A stretch of 64,000 nt of DNA from Perkinsela sp. CCAP 1560/9 (GCA_965644495.1 CBFFSA010000005.1:620001-684000); one strand, 5' to 3'. Positions 1 through 12,610 are shown, numbered from the stretch's first letter. Notes: a model not told the origin generated them from the letters alone. Translations and numbers: made by a program.

Positions 1-120
1 GAGGTAAAGCACCTCCCCCGAAACAGCGGGTCTGCACCGCCTCGAAGGGCCAAAACAAATCATTTCAAAAGCTTGTTTCCTTCAAAATTACCTGCCACGA
101 GGTAAAGCCCCTCCCCCGCG
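1..120 (-). repeat. Partial copies of a ~120-bp GC-rich minisatellite unit (family also at 16400-16845 and 45815-45928)
   Basis: gaggtaaagcacc...ctcgaagggcc...aagcttgtttccttcaaaattac is the reverse complement of the unit in the 16.4-16.8 kb array. Confidence 0.75.
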
Positions 121-173
121 TCAAAAAAGTGAACAAAAACAGTGAAAATATTAAGAGAAACACAGTAATTAAT

Positions 174-1042
174 ATTGCGGTGGTTGTAAAACTACCGCTC
201 TACACTCGATTATTGAAAAAAAAGTGAACAAAAACAGTGAAAATATAAAGAGGAACACATTAATATAATAGAAGAAAGAAATATAAAAGGGGGCTCCGGT
301 GGTCCAAAACTGAAAAAAAATTTTGAAAAAAATGGGGGGTCCAGGGGGGGGGGCATGGTCGAGCAAATTTTTTCGAAAAAATTAGTTTTCGAAAAAAAAC
401 CGCAGAAAGGGTAGCCGGGGTCTTGGCGCGCATTTTCCACCCCCCTACCCGGGGGTGACCCCACCGCGTATCCGCAGGACGGGTCCGCCTAGTTCGGATT
501 TTTTCGGAAAAAAAATTTTGAAAAAAAATTCAACTTGGCGAAAAAAATGACAAAAACGATATTTTTCCAAAATCGTTTCCCCTATTGTATTTTGATAGTT
601 TGGGACCTATACTAGCTTTCTCGGTAGTTGTTTTCGCAAGGTATCCCTTCTTCGAACCGTGGTGCGCCCCTCAAAATGACCCATTTTTGACTAAAAAAGG
701 TGAAAAAGTATTTTTTGGACAACAAGGGGCATTTTTGTGTCGAAAGAATGGTATGGTTGAAGTCGCATTCTCTACCCAATACGTTCGGTAGGCTTTCATT
801 CATGCCTACGAGTGATTTCCCACGCGCAAATGTCGGATTTAGTGCTCTGACAGCAAAAATACACGAAAATGACCCCATTTGTACCCGAAATTCGGCTATT
901 TTTGGCTATAATCTTTCCGTTTTCCAGGCTAAATTTTCTTTTTTAGTCTCTTCGTTAAACGCGGCGGTAGTTTTCAACGCGAAGCGCGCAGCATGAGTGA
1001 CTTCTAAGTTGAAAGCAACCACCGCGTTTAACGAAGAGCCTA
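174..1042 (-). mobile_element. HINE-A: ~0.9 kb non-autonomous Helentron-like element, near full length
   Basis: Reverse complement of 44323-45244. Small end attgcggtggttgtaaaactaccgc at 174; large hairpin (~34-bp arms) at ~946-1042. Confidence 0.7.
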
Positions 1043-1389
1043 AAAAAGAAAATAATAGAAGAAAAATAAATAAAAGGGGCTCAGGTGGTCCAAAAAATTT
1101 CAAAAAAAATCGGACCCTTGGGGGGTCCATGGGGGGGCATACCGCACAATTTTTTTTTGAAAAAATTACTTTTCGAAACAAAAGCGCAGAAGGGGTAGCC
1201 GGGGTCTTGGCGCGCATTTTCCACACCCCTACCCGGGGGTGACCCCCCCTCGTATCCGCAGGACGGGTCCGCCAAGTTCGGATTTTTTCGGAAAAAAATT
1301 TTGAAAAAAAATTCAAATTGGCGAAAAAAATGGCAAAAAAAATATTTTTCCAAAATCGTTTCCCTTATTGTATTTTGATATTTTAAATA

Positions 1390-1665
1390 CCGTATGCCCC
1401 CCCAGTAATAGACCCCCCCCAGTAACAGAGATTTGTCTCGGGAGAGTGGCTGGAGGGGGGAGGGGATGTTTGGGCGGGTGGGGTCGCTGGGCTGGGTGAG
1501 GGTGGTTGCGCGGGAGCGAATGGCGTAGTTGCTGGGTTGTCTGGGCAGAAAATCAATGCATCCATGAACAAAAAATGTTTTTTCCCACCAAAAAAGCATA
1601 CCCCCAGTAACAGAGATTTGGCCATTCGGATCCAAAATCGATTCTATTACTGGGGTGGCATACGG
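1390..1665. mobile_element. MITE with TA target duplication (Tc1/mariner-pogo type)
   Basis: TIRs CCGTATGCCCCCCCAGTAATAGA / TCTATTACTGGGGTGGCATACGG, flanked by TA at 1388-1389 and 1666-1667; internal repeats of ccccagtaa. Confidence 0.85.
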
Positions 1666-1720
1666 TATGTTAAATCATCCCTGATGATATAACTCTTCCT
1701 TCTTCCTCTCATATTCCCCA

Positions 1721-1802
1721 AAACAACTACCACCTTCCCCCCATTTATCAGGGGTCGCTCGCGCTACTCCCGCTAAATAGGGGGGGAAGGTGGTAGTTGT
1801 TT
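1721..1802. repeat. Isolated inverted repeat/hairpin, related to the HINE-A terminal motif
   Basis: aaacaactaccaccttcccccc-attta ... taaat-aggggggaaggtggtagttgttt. Confidence 0.7.
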
Positions 1803-2360
1803 CCTTTTTTCTATTCTAGGGGGGGCATACCTTATAAAAAATTTTTTTGAAAAAATTATTTTTCGAAACAAACCCGAAGAAGGGGTATCCGGGGTCTTGG
1901 CGCGCATTTTCCACACCCCTACCCGGGGGTGACCTCGCCTCGTATCCGCAGGACGGGTCCGCCAAGTTCGGATTTTTTCGGAAAAAAAATTTGAAGAAGA
2001 GTTCAACTTGTTGAACAAAAAAAAAATTTGAAAAAGAGTTCAACAAAAAAAATGGCAAAAAAATATTTTTCTAAAATCGTTTCCCCTATTGTATTTTGAT
2101 AGTTTGGGACCTATACTAGATTTCTGTGCATGTGTTTTCGCAAGCTATCTCTTCTTCGAGCCGTGGTATGCCCGCGACAGTGGTCCATTTTTGACTAAAA
2201 AGGGTGAAAAAGTATTTTTCGATCCCCAAGGGGCCTTCCCGACATCGACATTTTACTAAACAAATCGAAAAGAAAATATTATTTGCTCAAGATCGCAATA
2301 AAAACAAATTCAGGAGAATTTTTTTTTCAATTTTTTTTCTCGAAAAAGTGAACGTAGTGT

Positions 2361-2475
2361 AACCAGGGGTGCGGAATAATATTTAAATGCGGATTAATAT
2401 TTAAATTTGCTTTAATATTTATATTGCGGGTTAATATTTAAATCGGAATTTAAATATTAATCCGCACCCCGGGTT
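2361..2475. mobile_element. Mini TIR element/foldback (~115 bp)
   Basis: aaccaggggtgcggaataatatttaaat ... atttaaatattaatccgcaccccgggtt, with internal taatatttaaat repeats. Confidence 0.65.
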
Positions 2476-2644
2476 AGTCACTCATGCTGCGCGCTTCGCG
2501 TTGAAAACTACCACCCCGTTTAACGAAGAGCCTAAAAAAGAAAAATTGGTCTGGAAAACTGAGGAAAAGGGTGTAGTCAAAAATAGCCGATTTTCGGGTA
2601 TTTTTGCTCTCAGAGCACTAAATCAGACATTTGCGCGCGGGAAA

Positions 2645-3445
2645 ACAGAAGGCTCCGCCTTCTGCCTTTTTGCCTTGCGCCCCCTCCTTCCTCTACGGCC
2701 TTGCGTGTCACACACTTCCAGGTACATTTTGGACTTTGTAGGTGTATTACCATGGCAGAGTGACGAAATATCGAATGAAATCAAAGCGTATACACGTACA
2801 CCCCGCCAAAAAGTATTGTCCACAAAAATGGCCGACACAAAAAGTATTGTATTTATTAGTATCGACCATTTTTTTGAGTTTTGACCAGAATTTTAGTTTT
2901 TTTCTCGAACTTTCCAGAAATTTACATAATGAGTTCTGATATACGCGGCCACTTGATCGTGATATACGTTTACAAGGATCTCATATGATAAAGTCCAACT
3001 TTTTGGAAGCCAGTAGCAACTCGTGGAAATCGACAAAACGTATTGTATTTATTAGTATCGACCAAATATTCGTGGTCGATACTAATAAATTACAATACTT
3101 TTTGGCGGGGGTGTATATCAGGCCCCAAACTCTCAAAAAACAGTCTACGAGTTGATTTGGAAAAATTATATATTTTCACTTTCACCCGTAAATTTTTAGT
3201 TTTTTTTTCAAAATTTCAGAAATTGCTTTGATCACCCTGGTGGGGAGGTGGGGGGGGGCATGGGGTACCCATCGGAATTGTTGAAAAACTAGTGATCTTG
3301 TCACTAAATTCGATTCATACGTCTTTGTAAACATTTTTTTCGAAAACTCACCTGAAACGATATCGGCACGAAATCGGGCACCAAATCGGGCCACAAATCG
3401 GCACGAAGAATTAACCTACGGTAGCGAGGGAGTAGTATCTCCATA
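2645..3445 (-). mobile_element. HINE-B partial copy, interrupted by a MITE
   Basis: Reverse complement of 19931-20440; ends in ttaacctacggtagcgagggagtagtatctcc. Confidence 0.7.
2799..3113. mobile_element. MITE with TA target duplication, inserted in HINE-B
   Basis: TIRs CACCCCGCCAAAAAGTATTGT / ACAATACTTTTTGGCGGGGGTG with TA on both sides. Other HINE-B copies show the empty site (gcgtatacacgTAtatcagg). Confidence 0.9.
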
Positions 3446-3864
3446 AAAGAGTAGTATCTCCCTAAAAAGAGTAGTATCTCCCTAAACTAGCCGCATTTCG
3501 GGTAAACATGGGGTCATTTTCGAGTATTTTTGCTCTCAGAGCACTAAATCCGACATTTCCGCGTGGGAAATCACCCCGGCTACCCTTTCTGCGGTTTTTC
3601 TTCGAAAACTAATTTTTCGAAAATACTTGCTCGACCATGACCCACCCTGGACCCCCCCCTGGACCCCCCCCTGGACCCCCCCCCTGGACCCCCCCCTGGA
3701 CCCCCTCCCCTGGACCTCCCCATGGACCCCCCATGGACCCCCCATTTTTTTCAAATTTTTCTTTTTTTTTGGACCACCGGAGCCCCCTTTTATATTTCTT
3801 TCTTCTATTATATTACTGTGTTCCTCTTTATATTTTCACTGTTTTTGTTCCCTTTTTTTTCAAT

Positions 3865-4647
3865 TAGGCTCTTCGTTAAACGCGGTGGTTGTTTTCAACT
3901 TAGAAGTCACTCATGCTACGCTCTCCAAGTTGCAAACTACCACCGCGTTTAACGAAGAGCCTAAAAAAGAAAATTTTGCCCGGAAAGCAAAAAGATTATA
4001 GCCAAAAATAGCCGAATATCGGGTGAAAATGGGGTGATTTTCGCGTATTTTTGCTCTCAGAGCAAACGTATTGGGTAGAGAATGCGACTCCAACCATACC
4101 ATTCTTTCGACGCAAAAATGCCCCTTTAGGTCCGAAAAATACTTTTTCACCTTTTTCAGTCAAAAATGGGTCATTTTGAGGGGCGCACCACGGTTCGAAG
4201 AAGGGATACCTTGCGAAAACAACTGCGGAGAAAGCTAGTGTAGGTCCCAAACTATCAAAATACAATAGGGAAACGATTTTGGAAAAATCGTTCAAAATTT
4301 TTTTTCCGAAAAATCCAAACTTGGCGGACCCGTCCTGCGGATACGCGGGGGGTCACCCCCGGGTAGGAGGGTGGAAAATGCGCGACAAGACCCCGGCTAC
4401 CCTTTCTGCCGTTTTTTTTCGAAAAATATTTTTTTCGAAAAACCATGACCCCCACTGTACCCCCTCCTGGACCCCCCCTGTACCCCCCGTTTTTTTTAAT
4501 CTTTTTTTCAGTTTTGGACCACCGGAGCCCCCTTTTATATTTTTTTCTTCTATTATATTACTGTGTTCCCCTTTATATTTTCACTGTTTTTGTTCACTTT
4601 TTTTTCAATAATCGAGGGTAGAGCGGTAGTTTTACAACCACCGCAAT
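3865..4647 (+). mobile_element. HINE-A copy, preceded head-to-tail by a partial copy (~3490-3864)
   Basis: Large hairpin taggctcttcgttaaacgcgg...ccgcgtttaacgaagagccta at 3865-3963; small end gcggtagttttacaaccaccgcaat ends at 4647. Confidence 0.7.
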
Positions 4648-4683
4648 TAACCTACGGTAGCGAGGGAGTAGTATCTCCCTCAA

Positions 4684-5442
4684 TAGAAGAAAAATATATA
4701 AAAGGGGTCTCCGGTGGTCCAAAACTGACAAAAAAATTTGAAAAACATGGGGGGTCCATGGGGGGGTCATGGTCGAGCAATTTTTTTCGAAACACAACCG
4801 CATAAAGGGTAGCCGGGGTCTTGGCGCGCATTTTCCAGCCCCCTACCCGGGGGTGACCCCCCCCCCCCGTATCCGCAGGACGGGTCCGCCGAGTTCGAAT
4901 TTTTTCGAAAAAAAAAATTGAAAAAGAGTTCAACTTGGCGAAAAAAATGGCAAAAAATATATTTTCCAAAATCGTTTCCATTATTGTATTTTGATAGTTT
5001 GGGACCTATACTAGCTTTCTCGGTAGTTGTTTTCGCAAGGTATCCCTTCTTCGAACCGTGGTGCGCCACTCAAAATGACCCATTTTTGACTGAAAAAGGT
5101 GAAAAAGTATTTTTCGGACCTAAAGGGGCATTTTTGCGTCGAAAGAATGGTATGGTTGGAGTCGCATTCTCTACCGAATACGTTCGGTAGTCTTCCATTC
5201 ATGCCTACGAGTGATTTCCCACGCGCAAATGTCGGATTTAGTGCTCTGAGAGCAAAAATATCCAAAAATGACCCCATTTTTACCCGATATTCGGCTATTT
5301 TTGGCTATAATCTTTCCGTTTTCCAGGCTAAATTTTCTTTTTTAGTCTCTTCGTTAAACGCGGTGGTGGTTTTCAACGCGAAGAGTGCAGCATGAGTGAC
5401 TTCTAAGTTGAAAACAACCACCGCGTTTAACGAAGAGCCTAA
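4684..5442 (-). mobile_element. HINE-A copy
   Basis: Same body as 174-1042; large hairpin at ~5344-5442. Confidence 0.7.
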
Positions 5443-7015
5443 ATCAAACAGGCGCTATTTCGTAGCAGCACTCAGTGGTGAGGCCCAGATTCCATTAAGC
5501 TTGCGAAACGCTGCCCATGTTCATCTCAGTCGATCTTTGATGGGGGATGCTGCCGTAACATCTTGAAGGTGACCAAGATGTAGGTAGGAATCCACGAGAG
5601 TAATCTTTCCCATTTATCCCGCCCGAAGTTCTCTTGTTCCCCCGGGAACCTTCCCGAAGGCCATCCACGCAGTCTTATGTTTTCCCACAGCAACCCTTAG
5701 ATTGGTATATTGTGCTTCATTAGCCGTAGCTTCTATCATTTCGGATATTTCATGTTTTGTCTCCGCCAGGAGAGCAATATCGTCTGCGTAATAAATGTCC
5801 TTCAATCGAAATTCTTGAATTCCCTTACTTTTTGTCCCGCTGCTCCTCAACAGAATCCCTGGAGGTTTGTTATCGATCGCTTTGTGAAGAATTCTTTCAA
5901 TAACAAGCATTAAAACAAATTAGGAGCAAGAACGTCTCCCTGGAGAATTCCTGTTTCAATAGGGAAAGAATCCGTATTGCCGTACGGTGTTTGGGCTATG
6001 CCTCTTAGATTGGAATACAGTGACATTATCATACTAGTGATCGCTGGTCCGACGTGAAAAGCTTTAAGAGCAGCACGGATTGCATAAAAAGATACCGAAG
6101 GAAAAGCTTTAGCAAAATCCATGAATGCAACTGCGACCCTCCTCTTGTTGCGTGACGACCTTATCTTCACATCATTAAGTATTTTCTGCGCTCCTGCTGT
6201 GGACCTTTCCGGGCGAAATCCGAATTGACTATCCCTTAGAAGCGGTTCAATGGCTGGTCTCATTCTTCGAAGAATCATTGCGTTCATTAATTTTACCTCG
6301 CTATTGACGAGGCAGATTGATCGCCAGTTCGAAATTTGTGTCAGGTCGCCTTTTTTAGGAATAGGAACCTGAAGTACTACCTTCCAGGACTCGGGCGAAA
6401 CTCCTTTACGGTGAACTTCATTGATGATATTTAACATTACGTTTCTCAGATCCTTGTGTTCCGTGATAATCGCAAGTACTTCCGCAGGAATTTAATCTAT
6501 TCCAGGCGCCCATTCCTTGCGCGCGAGCCGGCTTATTCCATCTTCTAGCTCTTCCATGGAAAAAATATCATCATTTATCGGTATTTTAATGGAGGTCACC
6601 GCTTCGAAGGTAATGTTTTTATCTCCACGATCATCCGAGCCCATACGCGCAAAGAAATCCTTCACAATATGAAGTGTCTCTCTCGTCGATGAGGTCTCTA
6701 TGCGAAATGTGTCCCTGTATGAACCGCAAACCCTCCGCAGCGTGCGCCACAGATTAGACCGATTTTTCCTTAAACCATATTCAATCTCGGAACATTCTTT
6801 TTGAATTTGTGCCTCAATTTCTGTTCCGTGCTTTTTTAGAACTTCTTTGAAGTGGTCTGGTTTTCTGCTTTTCAGAAACAAGTCGCGAAATCCCGAAGTT
6901 TAAGACGATTTTGTTTCCGTATTAAATTTCATCGCTGTTTCTGTCATTAATTGCGTTTGTGGTGTCGCTGCTCCTTTTCTCGATAGTTTTTGTGCAGTGT
7001 GAACTATTGTTTCTG
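5443..7015 (-). pseudogene. LINE reverse transcriptase fragment (family L5), disrupted copy of 24018-25283
   Basis: IPKKGDL..NWR, QFGFRPERST, DFAKAF, QGDVLAP and YADD motifs spread over ORFs 6492-6881, 5910-6437 and 5614-5910; CAA->TAA stop near 6493 and a frameshift near 5910. Confidence 0.9.
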
Positions 7016-7245
7016 ATACTGTGACCCCCCATTTAATATGCACCCCCTTCCCTCCCCCCCCCTTAATATGCACAAATTCCATATTGAATTTTCGGAGCGT
7101 TTTTTTGAGAGCAGATGTTTTGCCTATTTTTACCCAATCTCTTCAAAGGGCTTTGTGCTTTTAAGCCTCTGATGTGCATTTAGTGTGTGGAGATAATATA
7201 TATTTGTATACTTGTTCCTCTCTTTCTCCCGTACTTTTCACCCTT

Positions 7246-7629
7246 ATGTCAGATACTGACGGAGTTCCGACCACAGTTCACTCTATGCGTGGACCTCTGA
7301 CCACTTGGCTTCGGAATCTCCCTCCCCAACCGCAAGTAGGGGAGCGCACATCCCTTATTATTAACAACACCCCGACGGTAACAGTTCAGGAAAAACGACA
7401 GCGTACTGAACTTACTATATTCGAGAAACGAGAAATTTGCAGATCTCAAAGTTCTGTAAAGCAAATAGAACAAAAATATGGTATATCACGGAGAGCGGTT
7501 TATGAAATTCGTAAAACGGGGATTGACCACTACCAAAAGTTAATTAACCGCAACATGGGAAACCAACACCGGAACCGTGGATTCAAAAAAAGAGTGGGGG
7601 ATTATAGTGATGCGAATGCCGAAGTCTAA
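7246..7629 (+). pseudogene. pogo/CENP-B-like transposase N-terminal HTH fragment; probable left TIR at ~7019-7045
   Basis: KRQRTELTIFEKREIC...IEQKYGISRRAVYEIRK resembles an HTH-psq domain; upstream TA-ctgtgaccccccatttaatatgcac looks like a TIR; ORF is cut off by a SINE. Confidence 0.55.
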
Positions 7630-7632
7630 GAG

Positions 7633-7926
7633 GCGGCCTCACTCTAAGAGGCTGGGCTGAGAACCGTCTAGGCCCAGTACTCGGAGGACCGTCCCGGACC
7701 CTCCCCTCAGTGAACCAGCTCCCTTACCCGTCTTACACCTCTTGAGTAAGCCGTGTTGACGTACAGTTCGTCGACGCAGCGTGTTGGCAACAGCATGTTG
7801 GTGCCGCCTTGGAAAAGCGGAAACTGGTAGAGGACGTCAGTCTCGGAACTTCCAAATCTGTCTGTGAAGGGTCTGGCTTGCCAGTGACCATCCGGAGCAA
7901 TCCGGAATGATTTGGATTTCTTTTTT
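7633..7926 (+). mobile_element. SINE S1, 5'-truncated
   Basis: gcggcctcactctaagaggctggg...ccggagcaatccggaatgatttggatttctttttt matches the full copy at 8472-8852. Confidence 0.85.
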
Positions 7927-8471
7927 GTGTCAGACGATTTGTCATACGACACTATTGATGGTGTTCCCCCTGCCCCCCCCCCCCCCTGGACCCCCCCCTG
8001 GACCTCCCCCATGGACCCCCCCATGGACCCCCATGGACCCCCCATTTTTTTCAATTTTTTTTTTCAGTTTTGGACCACCGGAGCCCACTTTTATATTTCT
8101 TTCTTCTATTATATTACTGTGCTCCTCTTTACATTTTCACTGTTTTTGTTCCCTTTTTTTTCAATTAGGCTCTTCGTTAAACGCGGTGGTTGTTTTCAAC
8201 TTAGAAGTCACTCATGCTGCACTCTTCGCGTTGAAAACCACCACCGCGTTTAACGAAGAGACTAAAAAAGAAAATTTAGCCTGGAAAACGAAAAGATTAT
8301 AGCCAAAAATAGCCGAATATCGGGTAAAAATGGGGTGATTTTCGCGCATTTTTGCTCTCAGAGCACTAAATCCGACATTTGCGCGTGGGAAATCACTCGT
8401 AGGCATGAATGGAAGCCTACCGAACGTATTGGGTAGAGAATGCGACTCCAACCATACCATTCTTTCGACAC

Positions 8472-8852
8472 GGCGGAGGTGGCGGAGTGGCAAGAATTCA
8501 AAGTTTGAAGCACATGGTGCTCAGACGGCGAGTTCAAACCCACTCATCGCAATATTCCCGGCGGCCTCACTCTAAGAGGCTGGGCTGAGAACCGTCTAGG
8601 CCCAGTACTCAGAGGACCGTCCCGGACCCTCCCCTCAGTGAACCAGCTCCCTTACCCGTCTTACACCTCTTGAGTAAGCCGTGTTGACGTACAGTTCGTC
8701 GACGCAGCGTGTTGGCAACATCACGTTGGTGCCGCCTTGGACAAGCGGAAACTGGTAGAGGACGTCGGGCTCGGAACTTCCAAATCTGTCTGTGAAGGGT
8801 CTGGCTTGCCAGTGACCATCCGGAGCAATCGGGAATGATTTGGATATTTTTT
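8472..8852 (+). mobile_element. SINE S1, full length (tRNA-derived head, T-rich tail, 12-bp TSD)
   Basis: A box TGGCGGAGTGG, B box GAGTTCAAACCC, tail gatttggatatttttttt. TSD ttctttcgacac at 8460-8471 and 8853-8864 inside HINE-A; empty site visible in other HINE-A copies. Confidence 0.9.
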
Positions 8853-9321
8853 TTCTTTCGACACAAAAATGCCCCTTTAGGTCCGAAAAATACTTTTTCA
8901 CCTTTTTTAGTCAAAAATGGGTTATCAAGTCGCCAAGTTGAATTTTGTTTCAAAACTTTTTTTCCGAAAAAATCCGAACTTGGCGGACCCGTCCTGCGGA
9001 TACGCGGGGGGGTCACCCCCGGGTAGGGGGGTGGAAAATGCGCGCCAAGGCCCCGGCTACCTTTTCTGCGGTTCTTTTTCGAAATCTAATTTTTTCGAAA
9101 ACATTTGCTCGACCATGACCCCCCCTGGACCCCCCCCATGGACCCCCCATTTTTTTCATTTTTTTTTTCAGTTTTGGACCACCGGAGCCCCTTTTATATT
9201 TTTTCCTTCTATTATATTACTGTGTACCTCTTTATATTTTCACTGTTTTTGTTCACTTTTTTTTCAATAATCGAGTGTAGAGCGGTAGTTTTACAACCAC
9301 CGCAATAAGAAGCGCAGTTAA

Positions 9322-9825
9322 TTAGCCCGTCTTGGGTGAAACAGATTCCGTTGGGCAATAAGAGCCCACCAAAGATTGAACGTCTAGTTCTTCTTCCACT
9401 TCAATTAAATCAGAATCATTGGTTTCCTCCTCTGGTTCAGAAGAAACGAAACTGAATAGCTCATGGCGACTTGAACATGCTTGATTAATGTTGGTGTCAA
9501 TCAAGGTCGAAGTGTTAATACCACATTTCTGCGAAAGGCGACTGTGGCCTTTACTTGCTTTGATGAAGACATCCACTCGTAGGCTTTTGCAACTGCATCT
9601 AGAAGTCGCTCTTTTGACATGCGGGCACCAAGAGACTTCGCATCCCCTACCCTCTCACCTTGATAACGCTTTTCTCTGCAATACTTGAATATCGCACGTG
9701 TTCGTTGATAGCGTATCTGGGGCTTGAGTCGATTAAAAACCCCGACGTCGCACGGTTGAAGCCTTCCGGTGCACCGAGCAGGAACATAAAAAATTCGCAT
9801 CCAATAAAATTCATCGCCATGACGA
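9322..9825 (-). pseudogene. pogo/Tc5-like DDE transposase C-terminal fragment
   Basis: FYVPARCTGRLQPCDVGVFNRLK matches the P-x2-T-x2-LQP-x-D-x-G motif of DDE_1 transposases; acidic tail follows. Confidence 0.75.
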
Positions 9826-9859
9826 CACTTTTCCAATATGAGAGTCTTTGTTGATTCCG

Positions 9860-10565
9860 AGAATACACAAAAGTGACGACATACAGTATAGGTACTTAGG
9901 TAATGCAATAAACCCCGAAGATAACTTATCAACCCCAAGGGACCGGATTAGACTTGGGTGGTATACTATGCACAGGCTGCGTCCAGTTTGGAACTCACCT
10001 CTTTCAATTCTGTGCCGCACTCGTATATTTCAAACTTTAGTTATGCCAGTTATTTCCTATGGTTGTAGCACGTGGAAGATCTAGACCTCCGATTTACTGA
10101 AAATGGACACTGAAATTTCTAAAATGAGACGAATAGTGTGCTGCGTACATAAATACTGGGACGGTCAACGAAGCATGCGTCTTGAATCATTGTATCAGGG
10201 AGAAAACAATCTCAGTACAGTCTCCAAATGTCAGCGAGCAAGTTTAATAAGGCATTTAGTACGACATTCACCAGTTTTCTGTAATATAATGTCATGGTGC
10301 GATGATGATTCCAGTAAAAATAGATCAGTCTCCGAATTATGTGCGGAAGATCTCAATTTAAGTACAGCAGAGATTCTGTATTATCCAGTAAGTCGAACGT
10401 CATGGGCAAAGAAAGTTGATCAACTTCGCGATCGGTTGGAGCCAAGACCTTCATACACACAGTTCAATAAATCTGGATGGGAAACAAAAATTTCTGCAAT
10501 CACTAACACCAAAGTGTCACAATTCGTAGAAGAAGGTCCAAAACCATACGCTCGGCGTCAAGGTG
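9860..10565 (+). pseudogene. LINE RT thumb/C-terminal fragment
   Basis: YRYLG...RIRLGW...VWNSPLS...ISYG...MRRIVC...RASLIRHLVRH...LEPRPSY, homologous to the other LINE ORFs; stop at ~10082. Confidence 0.8.
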
Positions 10566-10566
10566 A

Positions 10567-12610
10567 ATTGAGGGAGATACTACTCCCTCTCTACCGTAGG
10601 TTAATTCGCCGTGCCCGATTTCGTGCCCGATTTGTGGCCCGATTTCATGCCCGATATCGTTTCAGGTGAGTTTTCGAAAAAAATATTTACAAAGACGTAT
10701 GAATCAAATTTAGAGACAAGATTACTAGTTTTTCAACAATTCCGATGGGTACCCCCTGTCCCCCCCCACCAGGGTGATCATAGCAAGTTTTGAAATATTG
10801 CAAAAAAAAACTAAAAATTTATGGGTGAAAGCGAAAAAACATATTTTTCCCAAATCAACTCCTAAACCGTTTTTTGAGAGTTTGTGGCCTTCTATACCTG
10901 TATACTCTTTGATTTCATTCGATATTTCTCCACCTTGTTCCGATAATACACCTACATAGTCCAAAATTTACCCGGAAGTGTGTGACACGCAAGGCCGATG
11001 AGGAAGGAGGAGGTGCAAGGAAAAAAGGCAGACGTATGAATCGAATTGAGTGACAAGATCACTAGTTTTTCAACAATTCCGATGGGTACCCCCTGCCCCC
11101 CCCCCTCTCCCCACCAGGGTGATCATAGCAAGTTTTGAAATATTGCAAACAAAAACTAAAAATTTATGGGTCAAAGCGAAAGTATTTTTCCCAAATCAAC
11201 TCCTAAACCGTTTTTTGGGAGTTTGGGGCCTGATATACGTTTATACGCTTTGGTTTCATTCGATATTTCTCCACCCTGTGCCGATAATACACCTAAATAG
11301 TCCAAAATTTACCCGGAAGTGTGTGACACGCAAGGCCGTAGAGGAAGGAGGAGGCGCAAGGCAAAAAGGCAGACGTGCAAATCGAATTGAGTGACAAGAT
11401 CACTAGTTTTTCAACAATTCCGATGAGTATCCCCTGCCCCCCCCTCCCCACCAGGGTGATCATAGCAACTTTTGAAATTTTGAAAAAATAACTGAAAATT
11501 TATGGGTCAAAGCGAAAAAACATATTTTTCCCAAATCAACTCCTAAACCGTTTTTTGAGAGTTTGGGGCCTGATATACGTGTATACGCTTTGGTTTCATT
11601 CGATATTTCTCCACCTTGTTCCGATAATACACCTACATAGTCCAAAATTTACCCGGAAGTGTGTGACACGCAAGGCCGATGAGGAAGGAGGAGGTGCAAG
11701 GAAAAAAGGCAGACGTATGAATCGAATTGAGTGACAAGATCACTAGTTTTTCAACAATTCCGATGGGTACCCCCTGCCCCCCCCCCTCTCCCCACCAGGG
11801 TGATCATAGCAAGTTTTGAAATATTGCAAACAAAAACTAAAAATTTATGGGTCAAAGCGAAAGTATTTTTCCCAAATCAACTCCTAAACCGTTTTTTGGG
11901 AGTTTGGGGCCTGATATACGTTTATACGCTTTGGTTTCATTCGATATTTCTCCACCCTGTGCCGATAATACACCTAAATAGTCCAAAATTTACCCGGAAG
12001 TGTGTGACACGCAAGGCCGTAGAGGAAGGAGGAGGCGCAAGGCAAAAAGGCAGACGTGCAAATCGAATTGAGTGACAAGATCACTAGTTTTTCAACAATT
12101 CCGATGAGTATTCCCTGCCCCCCCCTCCCCACCAGGGTGATCATAGCAACTTTTGAAATTTTGAAAAAATAACTAAAAATTTATGGGTGAAAGCGAAAAA
12201 ACATATTTTTCCCAAATCAACTCCTAAACCGTTTTTTGAGAGTTTGGGGCCTGATATACGTGTATACGCTTTGGTTTCATTCGATATTTCTCCACCCTGT
12301 TCTGGTAATACACCTAAAAAGTCCAGAATTTACCCGGAAGTGTGTGACACGCAAGGCCGTAGGGGAAGGAGGAGGCGCAAGGCAAAAAGGCAGAAGGCGG
12401 AGTCTTCTGTCTTTTTGCCGCGGCGACGACGACTTCCTTGCGTGGGAAACAGTAAATCGCCATAGGGAGCATGTTCGGATGGCTATGTAATCCAGGCTAA
12501 AGTGGACGAGGGAGATACTAAAGGCACCTTTGGAAAGCCGCCTCGAAACTGGAACGGTATCTCCCGATTTGTAGAGCATTCTGATGTGGCAAAAGGGTCT
12601 TTAACAGGGT
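10567..12610 (+). mobile_element. HINE-B containing a tandem array of ~340-bp internal units
   Basis: Starts attgagggagatactactccctc. Unit starts at ~10713, 11051, 11392, 11732 and 12073, with a 681-bp dimer periodicity. Ends in a partial large hairpin cut by a SINE. Confidence 0.8.

Noticed and set aside
169-5395. Many recurring 60-180 aa ORFs (MKKYFSD..., MYFDSLGP..., PPWTPP...)
   Set aside because: They are translations of non-coding HINE-A/B repeats; frames are broken by homopolymer length differences between copies and show no protein motifs.
8676-8700. AGCCGTG..CGTACAGTTC resembling group II intron domain V; CCCAGTACTCGGAGG in S1 resembling Alu/7SL
   Set aside because: The stem is too short and no other intron domains or SRP helix 8 motif were found; probably chance.
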